Assembly: GCF_001194135.2 (NCBI RefSeq)
Contig: NC_068986.1
Coordinates: forward strand, 89,211,945 to 89,275,944
DNA from: Octopus bimaculoides
Lineage: Eukaryota
Length of the DNA stretch: 64,000 nucleotides
Reading direction: 5' to 3'
Shown here: positions 15,335 through 26,448 of the stretch, one piece after another
Position numbering within the stretch: the first letter of the stretch is position 1
Layout: each line of letters opens with the position of its first letter
Translations under genes and position numbers: made by a program
Notes under the pieces: generated by a model
Database searches by the model: none
Told to the model about the DNA's origin: nothing
The model's input: the letters and a program-made list of their open reading frames with translations, nothing else

Positions 15335-16848
15335 GAGAATGTACGAAAAAACAACAACAGACGAGGACAGGTGGTGTAAATAACAAAAGGATGTATTAGT
15401 ATGACGCTCAGGAATACGGCAAGTCTTTGACGTTTCGAGCTACGCTCTTCAACAGAAAGAATACGGAGACAAGGAGAAAAACACGGAGAAAAAAAATTGA
15501 ATAGTGTTCAGTCAACGGTCAATCATATATATATATATCTATATATATATATATATATTATGCTTGAGTGAATGTGGATGTTTCTCATTCCTTGGCAACT
15601 GTTTTAGTCTTAGAAATAATACATTTCTAAATCTCTGAGAGAGTTGTATGCAGTAGTGATACGATGAAGTAGTTGTATGCTGTCAATTTAATGTGACAGT
15701 CCCCTGAAGAGAATAATACTACTGTTGGTTAGACCTAGGAAGCTGCACCGCTTCCTGTCGGCCTTGACATATTTCCTGTGTCCTTATGTTTTAGTCTTGT
15801 TTGCATCCCCGTAATTAGGCGGTTTCTCTAAGGAAAAGACTAAGGGATATATATGATATAAATGAAGTAATGAGGTCCATATGATAAACAAGAACACTTC
15901 AGGGAAATGTCCGAACAAGGCTTCAGCCCAGTGACTAAAACGGGTAAAAATAATAAATTAAACCTGTACAAGGATATCATCAGCAGTTAATTACTAACAC
16001 TTTTTGCATTGGTACAAGACTACTAGTAATTAATTGGACGCAGAAGTTCACTAATGTACTCTATCTGAGTGTCGCTTTTAGCAGAGTGCTAAATCTAAAG
16101 CTGATTTCTACTGTATGGACAAGGATAGAAATGTGGAGCTAGGCAACAGACTGTTCGGTATAACTCCGGCATCTGAATACGAATAATTTCATAATAATTA
16201 GAAGTACGATAGTTACTGATAGCAATGATAGTGACTATCTTGGTAGATATCTGAAACTGATATTTTCATTCGAAAATCAGAAATATTGTCGTATCTATGA
16301 ATAATGTGTTTTGCTTTTTAATATTGGTTTCAAACAAAGGCGGTGAGCTGGCAGAAACGTTAGCACGCCGGGCGAAATGCTTAGCGGTATTTCGTCTATC
16401 CTTTCGTTGTGAATTCAAACTCCGTCAACGTTGCCTTTTTCTTTCATCAATTCAGGATCGATAATTTAAGTACCAGTTGCGTACTGGGTCGATCTAATCG
16501 ATTGGGCCCATCGCCTAAAATATCGGGCCTTGTGCCTAGAGTAGAAAAGAATATTGGTTGCAAACAAACGGCTACCACACAAAATAGGTAGCAGGTAGTG
16601 TAAATTGCTGAGTCGTATTTCATCCGTCTTCACGTTCTAATTCCGTTGAGGTCGACTTTACCGTCCACCCTTTCGAAATCGATAAAATAAGTACCAGTTC
16701 CTAAATTTGAAATCAATACTGAATTAACGTTTGCCGATTTCTTTTTCTTCGTCCAGGCGCATTAAGTTATTTCAAGAGTGTGCTGTGAGTTTCAAAGATA
16801 AACATTGTGTGGAAACATTTCAAAAAACCTATAAAGTTGAATGCCCAT
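1227..16848 (+). CDS. Gene 1 (5'-truncated by window edge): multi-exon six-cysteine-repeat protein; exons 1227-1315, 2363-2462, 3736-3827, 5026-5116, 5516-5607, 14950-15049, 16757-16848
   Basis: All seven exons have AG/GT boundaries and compatible phases. They splice into one open frame: [218 protein letters not shown]. The 3' end is not identified. Confidence 0.85.
1400..1690 (-). mobile_element. Short paralogous copy of the RTE-like LINE fossil
   Basis: cgttttacaatcaattcaaatta and cataatagaagaggtcccacatg align with ~5720-5870 and ~17458-17580. Confidence 0.5.
2363..2462 (+). CDS. Gene 1 B-type exon (100 nt, phase 1 to 2)
   Basis: ttttag|AA CAA ... TGC CA|gtgcgt; (E)[32 protein letters not shown](Q). 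Confidence 0.85.
2482..2676. repeat. Compound (ACT)n/(GCT)n/(ATT)n microsatellite
   Basis: Directly visible just downstream of the exon at 2363-2462. Confidence 0.95.
2967..3207 (-). mobile_element. tRNA-derived SINE with target-site duplication
   Basis: The minus strand starts gtggaggcgc...gtggtttcgattcc (B-box-like). It is flanked by TACCCCAATAAA at 2955-2966 and 3208-3219. Confidence 0.75.
3736..3827 (+). CDS. Gene 1 A-type exon (92 nt)
   Basis: catctag|G CGC ... ATG A|gtatga; [30 protein letters not shown]. Confidence 0.88.
3917..4790. repeat. Large fold-back palindrome built from a ~360 bp unit
   Basis: 3920-4345 (one unit plus a partial second) is the reverse complement of ~4350-4790. 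For example tttgccaatagaatgtggcggtcctataaatgacgatgttac pairs with gtaacatcgtcctttataggactgccacattctattggcaaa. Confidence 0.9.
5026..5116 (+). CDS. Gene 1 B-type exon (91 nt)
   Basis: ttttcag|AG GCA ... TGC AG|gtacat; (K)[29 protein letters not shown](R). Confidence 0.88.
5516..5607 (+). CDS. Gene 1 A-type exon (92 nt)
   Basis: attccag|A CGC ... TAT G|gtaaga; [30 protein letters not shown]. Confidence 0.88.
5730..6750 (-). mobile_element. Degraded RTE-clade LINE (RT and C-terminal region)
   Basis: Minus-strand remnants [21 protein letters not shown] resemble the RTE motif YACETWTL...KKLEAFEM. Many stops. Confidence 0.55.
6984..7071. repeat. (GT)n microsatellite
   Basis: Directly visible. 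Confidence 0.97.
8179..8240. repeat. (TA)n microsatellite at Helitron 3' flank
   Basis: Directly visible. Confidence 0.95.
8250..13880 (-). mobile_element. Near full-length Helitron with disrupted Rep/PIF1-helicase (RepHel) ORF
   Basis: Minus-strand motifs in order: [28 protein letters not shown] (HUH), [90 protein letters not shown]. The 3' end has a hairpin (ccc...ggg, 8262-8277) and terminal CTAG followed by T (8250-8253). The 5' end merges into (TA)n. Frameshifts and stops are present. Confidence 0.93.
13873..13934. repeat. (TA)n microsatellite at Helitron 5' flank
   Basis: Directly visible. Confidence 0.95.
14950..15049 (+). CDS. Gene 1 B-type exon (100 nt)
   Basis: attgtag|GA CAT ... 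TGC CA|gtacgt; (G)[32 protein letters not shown](Q). Confidence 0.88.
15424..15460 (-). ncRNA. Minimal type I hammerhead-ribozyme-like motif (core variant) in a short repeat at ~15332-15525
   Basis: The minus strand reads UCUUU-CUGUUGA-A-GAGC gua GCUC-GAAAC-GUC-AAAGA, giving stem I UCUUU/AAAGA, stem II GAGC/GCUC and a GUC triplet. A6 is replaced by U. Confidence 0.55.
16339..16549 (+). mobile_element. SINE (GGCGG.GAGCTGGCAGA-headed family) with TSD
   Basis: ggcggtgagctggcagaaacgttagcacgccgggcgaaatgcttagcgg; flanked by aatattggtt(t/g)caaacaaa on both sides. Confidence 0.8.
16757..16848 (+). CDS. Gene 1 A-type exon (92 nt), last intact exon found
   Basis: cgtccag|G CGC ... CCA T|gtaaga; [30 protein letters not shown]. 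Confidence 0.88.
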
Positions 16849-17276
16849 GTAAGATTAATTGTTTTTAATTTTAAAATCACGTTAGCTGTTCAAAATATAA
16901 TTTATTGTTTTGAAAAAAAAATTCATAATTTGTTGTTTATAAGTTGGATTACAAAATAATGTTTTGTACCTTAGTTCTAATGATTAACCTTAAAACAATT
17001 TTGTGGGAATTTTTCAAGCAAAATTCGATGGTATTTTTTAAAATTTCCTCTTCATTCGCAGATAGCCACTGCCTAAAAAATCTGCTTCTAAAATATATTT
17101 CCTGTCTTGATAAGGAAATATCTTACCTATCCTGGATAATAGAAACGTTAGGAGCTGTAGCAATTAGATCTGAGAATTATTAAATGGCACACAATTTGTC
17201 AACACTAGTGAGATTGACACTTACCACAAGGATATTCTTTTATATGCAATCATTTTCTCGTATTTGTATATTCCAG

Positions 17277-17369
17277 ACAAAGACACGCGTATCAAAATTG
17301 TACAATGAAGAAAAATGAGAAGTGTTCAAAAGAGATTTGACATGCTTTATTTTATCTTTTTTTGCGAAG
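17277..17369 (+). pseudogene. Frameshifted A-type pseudo-exon of gene 1
   Basis: attccag|A CAA AGA CAC GCG TAT CAA AAT TGT ... gaag|gtaatt. It is 93 nt, whereas intact A exons are 3n+2. QRHAYQNCTMKKNEKCSKEI is followed by TGA. Removing 1 nt restores ...CSKEFDMLYFIFFCE. No B exon is visible upstream. Confidence 0.75.
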
Positions 17370-17439
17370 GTAATTGTTTTTATTAGTTATCTTTTTTTTT
17401 GCAGTAGACTGCTGTATCGCTGTAAACTCTAAACAGAAA

Positions 17440-18360
17440 TTATATTTGTCAAGTTACGTTTTACAATCAATTCAAATTAATGCTTGCGTGAGAAATATTC
17501 CCCTGCACCAATGTAATATACATTGAATTGTTTTCAGTCCTCCTTTCCTGGTGGTGTCATAGAAGCGGTTCCATATGCGAGGCACTGGAGTTTTCAAGCA
17601 ATGGGTGGATTTCGGCAGATCTATCCGTTCTTTTTTTCTCTTTTTCAATAACTTTTGTATCCGTCAACATTTTCCTTAAACAGGTCTCCTCTCCGCTGAT
17701 GATTTCTTAATGAGTGTTCTTTGCTGCGTTATTACATCATGCTACAGAAGCATCCCATCTTATATTTATTTTCTAAAGATTTGTGATATTACTTTCTTCG
17801 ATGCCACTGTTTGGTGGATGGTTTCGCGTAAATTCTCATTGGTGATCTTCTCCAAGTACGAGATTCCTTGGATATTTCCTCCTATTTCGTGTGCCTGTAT
17901 TTTTCGTTGAATCTATATTTTAAGGATCTGTATTTCGCATGCGTATGGAAGGTGTAGGATACTTACGATGTACAATGCTTATACTCTTTCTTATATTTTT
18001 GATGGAGGTGCTTTTGTCATCCGTATTGGATCGTCATCTTGCTGAACGCTTTTTCTGTACTTTTCTTCCCAGGAGTTTCGGTCTTGATCCTTGATCGATA
18101 ATATCTGCCTCCAATTATTTGATCTGCTATTTATCTCCAGTATCTTCATTTTGACATAAATGTTTCTGTGGAAAAGCGTGGAGTTTGTTCTAGGGGTATT
18201 TTGTACATATTTGTGTTCAAGCTTCTTGAGGACATTAGCAAGGTACCGTTAATTCAACTACTTTATCCACACTGTTTGTTATATAATCCACTGAAATCAC
18301 GTATTGTAGTTTTTTTTCATATATTCTTTCCGAAGTTAACTGCACTTATATCATCTTTAA
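17440..18360 (-). mobile_element. Third paralogous copy of the RTE-like LINE fossil
   Basis: Colinear with 5730-6520 (catagaagcggttccat; tggtggatggtttcgcg; atatttcgcatgcgtatg). Confidence 0.6.
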
Positions 18361-21241
18361 ATGCTATCGCTTACAATCCACACCAACAAAAGGGTGCGGA
18401 AGGAGAGGGTGTCAACTCAACCTGATGTTGCGCAGATTTAAGTTTTTTGCTGAAGCCTTAGCGTAAAAGTATTACTAGAATAAATTACACTTTTCATAAT
18501 GTCCCAAAAACCGCCATTTCTGAAGTCCATGATGACATGCTAGAAAGCATATTTGACGATCTAATCAGTAATACTTCTATCTTCCCCGATACCTGCTCGT
18601 TGCGCTTCTGTGATATTATCTTTGCTTGCAAGATTTATCTTCCTGATAGTATTATCAGTTACAAATAGTTACTTCCACTGCATTACAGAATTCTGTGCAA
18701 GACAACTTAGATATTATGGTAACCGGAGTAGACAAATAAAGGAAATATCCTTACAACGGTGACGTTCTAGTTGAGTAACCTACTGATTCACTAACTGGAT
18801 TTTATTGTCAGGGGGTAGGGGACATACGCAAAGAGACTGAGGTTAGACGGTCGGTAGAAGAACGACCTATATTATTGGATGCATTATCTACTATATTAGA
18901 TCTCCTCATAGTATGATGACCATCGCTTTTTGCAATATTCGAAACTGGTATGAAACCTTCAGTGACGTTTAGAACAGAGTTTTTCAGCTTTTCTTTGTCC
19001 TACACAAAATTCAGTTTCCATTAGAACTTGCACCAAACATTTTTGAAATTTTTAATCCATTCCTTCTTCACTATCTTACATTCTATCAGTGCGTGCACTG
19101 CACCATCGCAGGCATAATTTTACAAGCATGCATAGATTGCACTACATTTGTATACATAGGCCTGTAGATATCACCATGAAAATATTAAAAAAAGCTATAA
19201 ATATGAAAGGATCTGCCTGCAGCAGATTGTTCATGAGAATACATAAAGTTCTGATATCCGATTAAAATGTTCTTGATGGATATGCTGACTGTAGACTGTG
19301 TCACATTATAAGCCAGTTCTCCTCTCCATTAAATCAAAATACATATAATTCCTTGATCTGTGCCTCTCCGGTGTTCTTACATTGTATATGCTAATCGTTC
19401 TTTCTCCCAAGAACTACTCCTGTCTAGTCACCAACAGGACACATCTCATCTAGTCGAATAGGGTAGGTACCCGGGTATATATTTACTTCTTGCTCTATTT
19501 ATCCTGGTGTGCGAGTTGTAGCAGAGAGCTGCCTATGTTTAGTGTGAGCAAAATATGTTTTCTGTCGCAGCAGTGTAATATTAATGTTGTTGTATGGAGT
19601 ACTATAATACCAAACATGAATAGCATACATTCAATATGTATTTAATATCTCACCGTAATGTGATATGTCTGTATTACCACTAATGCAGTGATATAAAGGG
19701 ATATAAACAGAATATCAAGCCTTATCCTATAGATAGTTAACTTTAATTGTAACGAAATTGTTTATGGAATGTCAGCGCAATGCAGTAACACTTCACGTAG
19801 ATGCAATATGATATAATTTAAGCTTTATAATCAGGAAGAAGACAATCCCTTGACCGTTTCAAGGCCTCTGAGAGTAGTTGGGAAGACGGTGAAGGAGGGG
19901 AGATATTCTCAAACCGAAAACCGAATGCTTGCAATAGAAAGGATTCCACTGAAATATTTCAGGAACCAAATAGTGATCATAATCTAGGTAACTTTAACTC
20001 CAACAGCTGGAACAGCTGTCATAGTTACTAGAATATCACTGCCAACTAAAACATAACAATTAGCAAAGTCATTATCAAAATAACACAGACAATACTGAAT
20101 TATAGAAAATAATATACCTTCTGTTTTAAATCACTCTTCAAAAGAAATACTTAAAGGTATATTTTTCCGTTTTCTTTTGCAGGACAGATTCCAATTAACC
20201 AACAATACTGAAGCTGTGACTATGGCTATTTCTTGAAATTTACATGAAATAAAATTGGATTTTGAAAGATTTCCCTTGTGTGTCTGTTATTTCGCAGTTT
20301 TATTCGAATAAGGATAGTTACTAAAAATTGCATTGTTATTTGATATTGCGGGATTTCAATGGAGGTCAAGACCAACGTTTATTGATTGAAGGGTTTCAGA
20401 TATACATAATGTGGGGACTAAATTATGCTGGGTTTAGTCCTCAAGGAAGATTTGTGTTGTCTATGTCTAGTGTTAATTCCAATGTTACACTGCTCTGTAT
20501 CAACCACAATTGCTATATTTCAAAAGTACAGTAATACATATTTTAGACAATCGTCATTGGTCGAGCAATGTGGTGGATGTTTTCTATTATTTCCATTAAC
20601 AGCGGGGAAGCGTTATTTGTACAGCTATAACTAACTTTTATAGCGTTTAACGAAAAGCTTTATTTTGTTAAGGAGTAGTGAGATGTGTATGAGCTGAAGA
20701 AAATACTCATATATTATGTTTATTAAAATAGGACATGTAATACATACCAATCAAAGTATTATATTTATACATTATCAAACACTTTCGGATCACCTGGTAA
20801 ACTAATTGCAAGACCTTACTGTGAAATTCTGGATCTTATGGGTACTTAAACATAAAAAGCAAACGATTGTATACTATAGCACTACGGTGCTTGGAACAAG
20901 TATATGCTTGGAACAAGTGAACCACTGAAAATATCACAATATCTCTCCGAAGATATACACAAATGAATTAATATTAGAAAATGTTCTGCTTTCAATAAAA
21001 GTGGTTAAATTGTGATTTATACGACAATGATGAAATCATAGTCTTCTGACTTGATTATTAACTGAGAAACGTACGGTTATAGAAAATATAATAAATGTAA
21101 TGCTGAAGAAACGACAAAATCATATTGTCATAGCGAGTGGAAATCCATTTTAAATGCAAAGACTATTGAACTGGCTAATAAACAGTATAAAATCTATAAC
21201 ACCTAAATAGACACTTAAATTTTACAAAATAAAATCACATC

Positions 21242-21278
21242 ATGAATATGCACCTGGCCTGCGAAACATTATTTCCAG
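21242..21278 (+). pseudogene. Possible decayed copy of the first (signal-peptide) exon
   Basis: ATG + 11 codons + G (37 nt, the same length as gene 2 exon 1; MNMHLACETLFP) with no GT donor. It lies in a block (~20170-21350) paralogous to ~23970-25340. Confidence 0.35.
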
Positions 21279-22964
21279 AAATATTGAAGAGATATTGTGA
21301 ATGTTCACACGCATGTAAAAGTCTATTTCATTTCAATAAAAACCTTAATCGAAGACAGTAGAAGGTTTCTCTATTCACAATATTTCGTTATTGTGTTGGA
21401 TGCTTAGCGTTTTATTATTCAGGCCATGAAGTTACTGAAGGACATTGTATACACATAACTGTGGCTATATGACAGATTTGTTTTGTACAAATCTGTATAG
21501 TAATACACTGAAAGATCACTCAGGACATTTAAATAAATTATCACAGACATTTTTGTAAAGACTGATAGTTATTCCGACGTTTTTCCTTCGCATAGATGTC
21601 GAAAGTATGCGATAAAGAAAGATAAAACAAGATGATAGAAGAACTTAAATGAGCACTAGAAATAGACCAGATCCTAGGAGAAAAAGATTTGTTGGTCGTT
21701 TATGAAGGTCTAAAGAAAGTTATGTACAATGCTAAGAAATGTTAGGTGTGTTGAAAGAAAAATAAGATTAAACGGATGAGCGAGCAGTTAGTTACTAAGG
21801 AACAGCAGTCTAAATAGGACTAAAGAGGAGCTGGATAGACTATAAAAGAGACCTATAATGACTCAAAATTAGAGCAATCGTTCCTACTCATGGACTATTT
21901 AAAACAACCAACTAAATTATGAGTGAAATTTCAATTTAGAGATCTCAACAAGAAAGAAGTATATAAATTCATGAAGAACGCAAAAGTGAAGAGAGCATCT
22001 CGAGGTGATGATGTACCATACAAAATGAACGAATACCTACAACTTGTAGAGTCTTGCTGGAAATGTAAACTGGGGCACGATTGAAGGGAAATTGATTGGC
22101 CGGTTCAGACCAATTTCCATTCTGAAGGTAGACGGGAAGATTTATATGGGGTTACTCGCTAAGAGAACCGCTATTTATTTACAAAATACTAGCAATGTTG
22201 CTAAAGGTGTTTTGAAGGATGGAATCCCAGGAACTTCTGGGAGTGTGGAACACGAAATTTAAATTTGGGACTAAAGACATACGCAAAGAGGAATAAAAGG
22301 GATTTGAATGCTTTATGTTTTGGTCTGCCCAATGTTTATGGTTCTGCATTACACAAATTGTGGGTGGAAGCAACAGACTATTTCTAAATACCAGAGAAGA
22401 TTAAGGATTCGATGAAGAGTTACTACAACAATTTCAAAATGCAGTTCTCGAAACAGAAATTCCACAGCACGCGGGCGTCGTCTTGGAATTGGAATTGCTT
22501 ATAGGTTGCAGAGTATCAGTCGCATTTGCTTGTTGTCGACATGCTGATCAGATCACCAGATTGCTCAGAAAAAAACCCGGCTAAATTAAAATCACCTACG
22601 AAAACTGTCATAAATGACATAGAAATGCAAAAAGGAGACCAAAAGCACGTGCAAACAATTCTGGATAGACAGGGTGAATTAATTACTTGGTAGAGAATGC
22701 CGTTTAAAGCCAATGAGTGATAGAGTCTGACATTCGTAAAAGATCGGTAGAAGCAAATGAAGTTCAAAATAGAAGAAACCATACCAATGGTCAAATACAA
22801 TTCTATAATGAGTTTATGATGATGATATGCTAACTGGTTGTCCGATAATAGAGAAAATATCACAAACCGAGGATAGGTTAAAACTACCGAACAAATACAA
22901 GATTTGATACTTGTAGCTTGAACCCTAACCCTAACCCTGACCCCCAGCTCGTATGCTGACATGG

Positions 22965-23880
22965 TTGCTACACTTGGGAATTACGCTTCAACTTTATCAG
23001 TAGTGCAAAAGTTGAATCTGAATTTGGGAGGGAAAGGGAGAATGGTGAAGATACCCCAAGGTCTGGACATCCAGTATCTGCTGCCACCGAACATTGATCG
23101 TGATCAGCACGTTATGATGAAAAACAGAGCTTAACTATAAATAAAGCTGATGTTACTAACATATTCCATGGGAGAGTTGAAAGTATTCTGCACAAAGGTT
23201 TGGCATGATGAAGTTTTGTGCTCAGTGGGTGCCACGTCTTATGACACCTGATTAAAGGGCACTGAGATGATCACATCATGGGAAAATCTAACATTATTTG
23301 ACACAGATCCAGCTAATTTACTTAAAAGTTTCCCAAGTCAAGATGAATGTCGGTTTCACTTTGAGCCAGAGACAAAGAGACAAAGAGACAATCCAAAGAA
23401 GACCAAGATCGTTTTATCTGCAGGATAAGAGATGACTACTGTCTTCAACTTTCTGAGGCAGTTGCGGAAATATATCATGATGAAACAGCCAAGAAAACTA
23501 ACGAAAGGTGTCTTTTTACATCAGGACAATGCTCCAGTACACAACTTGTTGGTTTCAATGGCTGTTCTACTGGACTGTTTTTGAACTAGTTGATCACGCT
23601 CTCTATTCTTCTAATTTCGCCCCACCTCACTATCATGTGTTCCTCAAGATGAAAAAGCACTTGCTTGGGAATCGGTGTCGCAGTAATGGTGACGTCATAT
23701 GTATTGTTGATAATTTTTTTAACCAACAGGATGAAAACTTTTTCACCAATGAGATACACGCACTGCAACACCGATAGAAGTGGGTGGACTGCAAGGGGAA
23801 CTATGCTGAAAAATAAACATCATTTGATCACATTCCATTAGAGTATCTTAGTCAGCCTATGAACTTTTCAGCCAACCGTC
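22965..23880 (+). mobile_element. Degraded mariner transposon
   Basis: Remnant motifs RSGHP, WVPRLM, HQDNAP, YSSNFAPPHYHVF (YSPDLAPSDY-like); TIR-like tail agtcagcctatgaacttttcagccaacc. Confidence 0.8.
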
Positions 23881-24830
23881 ACAGACAATATTGAATTACA
23901 TAAAATAAATACACTCTCTCTATCTTCAATAAATCTTCAATAGTAATACTTGAAATATTTTTCCAACCGCTTTGCATATCAGATTCAAATTAGCAATTAG
24001 TCCTGAAGCTGTGATTATGGCACCGTTTTGAAATTTATACAAAATAAAGTTGGATTTTTCAATAATTCCATGTGTGTCATTTACTTTGCAGTTTTATTCT
24101 ACTTTCCAAAAATTGCATCGTTATTCGATCTTGCAGTATTTCGGTGGGCGTCCAAAATTGGAGAGTTTCAGATATACTTCATGTAAAAGCTAAATATGTG
24201 CCTAGTCCTAAAAGCGGGTATGTGTTATCTATGTCTCGTTAAATTCAGTGACACACTTCCTAGTATCAACTACAGTTGCTATGTTTCAAAGCTACAGTAA
24301 TAAATACATTAGATCTCATTGGCTGAGTAATGCGGTGATTGTTTCTGTTATTTTCGATTAACACTAGGGCAGTGTTTCTTGTACAACGTTAACTAACTTT
24401 TGCAGCAATTAATAAAAAATTGTAATGTATTCATCAGTAGAGGGAAGTTGATGGATGGTAGTAAATATTCAAATGCTTTGTACGCAGCTTTAGCATTCTA
24501 GAAAAAAGAACTATTATACTGAATTTATAATCTGGGATTTAGTACATACGAATAAATATTTATACTTTGTCAAACACTTCAGATTACCTTGTAAACAAAT
24601 AATAGGATAATAGTATGTTTCTTTAGATCTTAACATCACAGATTAAATCATATAAAAACGAAAGAACATAATCCATAAAATTAAACTATTTTTGTTATTT
24701 TTTTCTTTTCGTCACATAAATAACCCGTGACACAGCAAGTGAACCTTCCAAAATTATATGTAATATAAGTTTAATCACAAAATCTCTCGGAAAATGTACT
24801 GAGATAAGTTACTATTATAAAAATTTCTAA

Positions 24831-25031
24831 GGCGGTGAGCAGGCAGAATAGTTAACACGCTGGGAAAAATTCTTAGCCTGTCATTACATTTTGAGTTCAA
24901 ATCCACCGAGGCTGACTTTATCTTTCATCCTTTCCAGGTTGATAATATAAGAAACAACAGAGCACTGGGGTTGATGTAATCGACTTGACTCCGCCTCGAA
25001 ATTGCTGGCAGTGTGCAAAAATATGAAACCA
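24831..25031 (+). mobile_element. SINE (same family as 16339)
   Basis: ggcggtgagcaggcagaatagttaacacgctggg...ctttcatcctttcc...gtgcaaaaatatgaaacc. Confidence 0.75.
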
Positions 25032-25224
25032 AGACTATAAAATGTTCACTTTCCTTTGATTTGTAAGTGGTTAAATAGTGTATTATACCTGACAATTTAT
25101 GTAATTATATATCTCTTTAAGATATAAAATTAATGTCATTATTATGATCGAAATGTTGGAATAGATATAATGAATATATGAACATAATTATTCAATTATT
25201 TTCAACTGCAACGTGAAAATCTCT

Positions 25225-25264
25225 ATGAAGACATACGGAAATTTGCATCCGTATCAGACTGCAG
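25225..25264 (+). pseudogene. Decayed copy of gene 2 first exon
   Basis: ttcaactgcaacgtgaaaatctctATGAAG resembles ttcaagttcaacaagattatcaataATGAAG at 28339. The copy is frameshifted and has lost its donor. Downstream 25505-25630 matches gene 2 intron 1 at 28623-28740. Confidence 0.55.
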
Positions 25265-26448
25265 ATTTTGAAATTTTAATGTTTCAAATGTTACACAAAC
25301 AATCTTCAGTGGAGAAAAAGAGAGAGCTTATTATAATCGAAGCTAATTGATTATAATGTGTGATAATACGATATTCATTAAAAAATCGCAAGATAGCAAG
25401 CGGAGCTACCAAAATAGTTATAAAGTGGTGCTTAATCACATTTTTACTCAAATATTAAATATTAGTTCCGAAGAAATTTGGAATGGAATATGTATTGCTA
25501 AATATTCAACAGAACGAAATTATTCGAAGCATGAAACACGATAAGACTGAACACAAATCAGCTTATAAAGTCAATGTAACCATTAAGAACCAAATATTAG
25601 AAAGGTCTTAACAACTAGTAACGTTACACATTATAGTCTATACTATAATGGAGAAAGCTGCCTCTTAATTAGGTACGTAACAATTATTAAAAGTGCTCAA
25701 AGAAAGCAATATTTAAAGCCTGACCGTCTGGAAATATTTTTTATAAATTCATGTTCCAAGAAATTTCCAATAATTTCGATTTCTGAAGTTTCTTGAATTT
25801 TTTAACTCCAATTTCTCGCAAATTTAAATATTCATTGCATTCACTGCGGGGTAGATTTTGTTTAATAGTAAACAATATTAATTTGTTGCAGGCGACATTT
25901 TACGTTTTCATTTACAACAGTCTCTCATTCTCGCTAGCTTCTATTTTCATTAATGATAGTTTAATAATAGCTGTGTAACTTTGATACGAAGCACAATTTC
26001 AAGAATATGATCAATTTCCCAAGTTTGTTAAAAGAATATTTTTTTGATAAAATAAAAATTCTCTAATATACCGGTATATATATATTGTTTTAATGAAGAA
26101 GTGATTTCGTTGGTATAGTTACTTTGAATGCTATAAGCCTTACAATAATAATTATGTGATCGCTGCTATTTCTAGCACGCTAAACAAGATAGATCTTAAC
26201 GAGCTTTCAGTTAAACGATTGTTTCATTTCATGTTTATTTTCATTCAATGTTTTCAATGTTCTTTCCTCCCTCTCTCTCTCCCTCTCTCTCTCCCTCTCT
26301 CTCTCTCTCTCTCCCTCTCTCTCACACACATACACACACGCACACACATGCACAAAAAAACTCACGCTGTATCTCTAATATAAACACACAAACTTCAGGT
26401 TTGATTTCGTTATCACACAAATATCACATTTGAATTTTGCAATTCAAC

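Noticed and set aside
19835-19987. AG/GT-bounded open segment (RRQSLDRFKASESSWEDGEGG...) as a gene 1 exon
   Set aside because: It lacks the cysteine pattern, and joining it to 16848 gives an immediate TGA. It could be a non-coding terminal exon, but nothing supports that.
21260-21298. C-x11-C (CETLFPEILKRYC) resembling an A exon
   Set aside because: There is an upstream in-frame stop, no first Cys, and no usable splice sites. Its position fits a first-exon relic better.
22921-22944. (CCCTAA)n telomere-like hexamers
   Set aside because: Only about three units, next to a mariner relic; not informative.
22516-22962. 148-aa ORF with FVGDFN (APE-endonuclease-like)
   Set aside because: It is a single short motif and the other APE motifs are absent or out of order.
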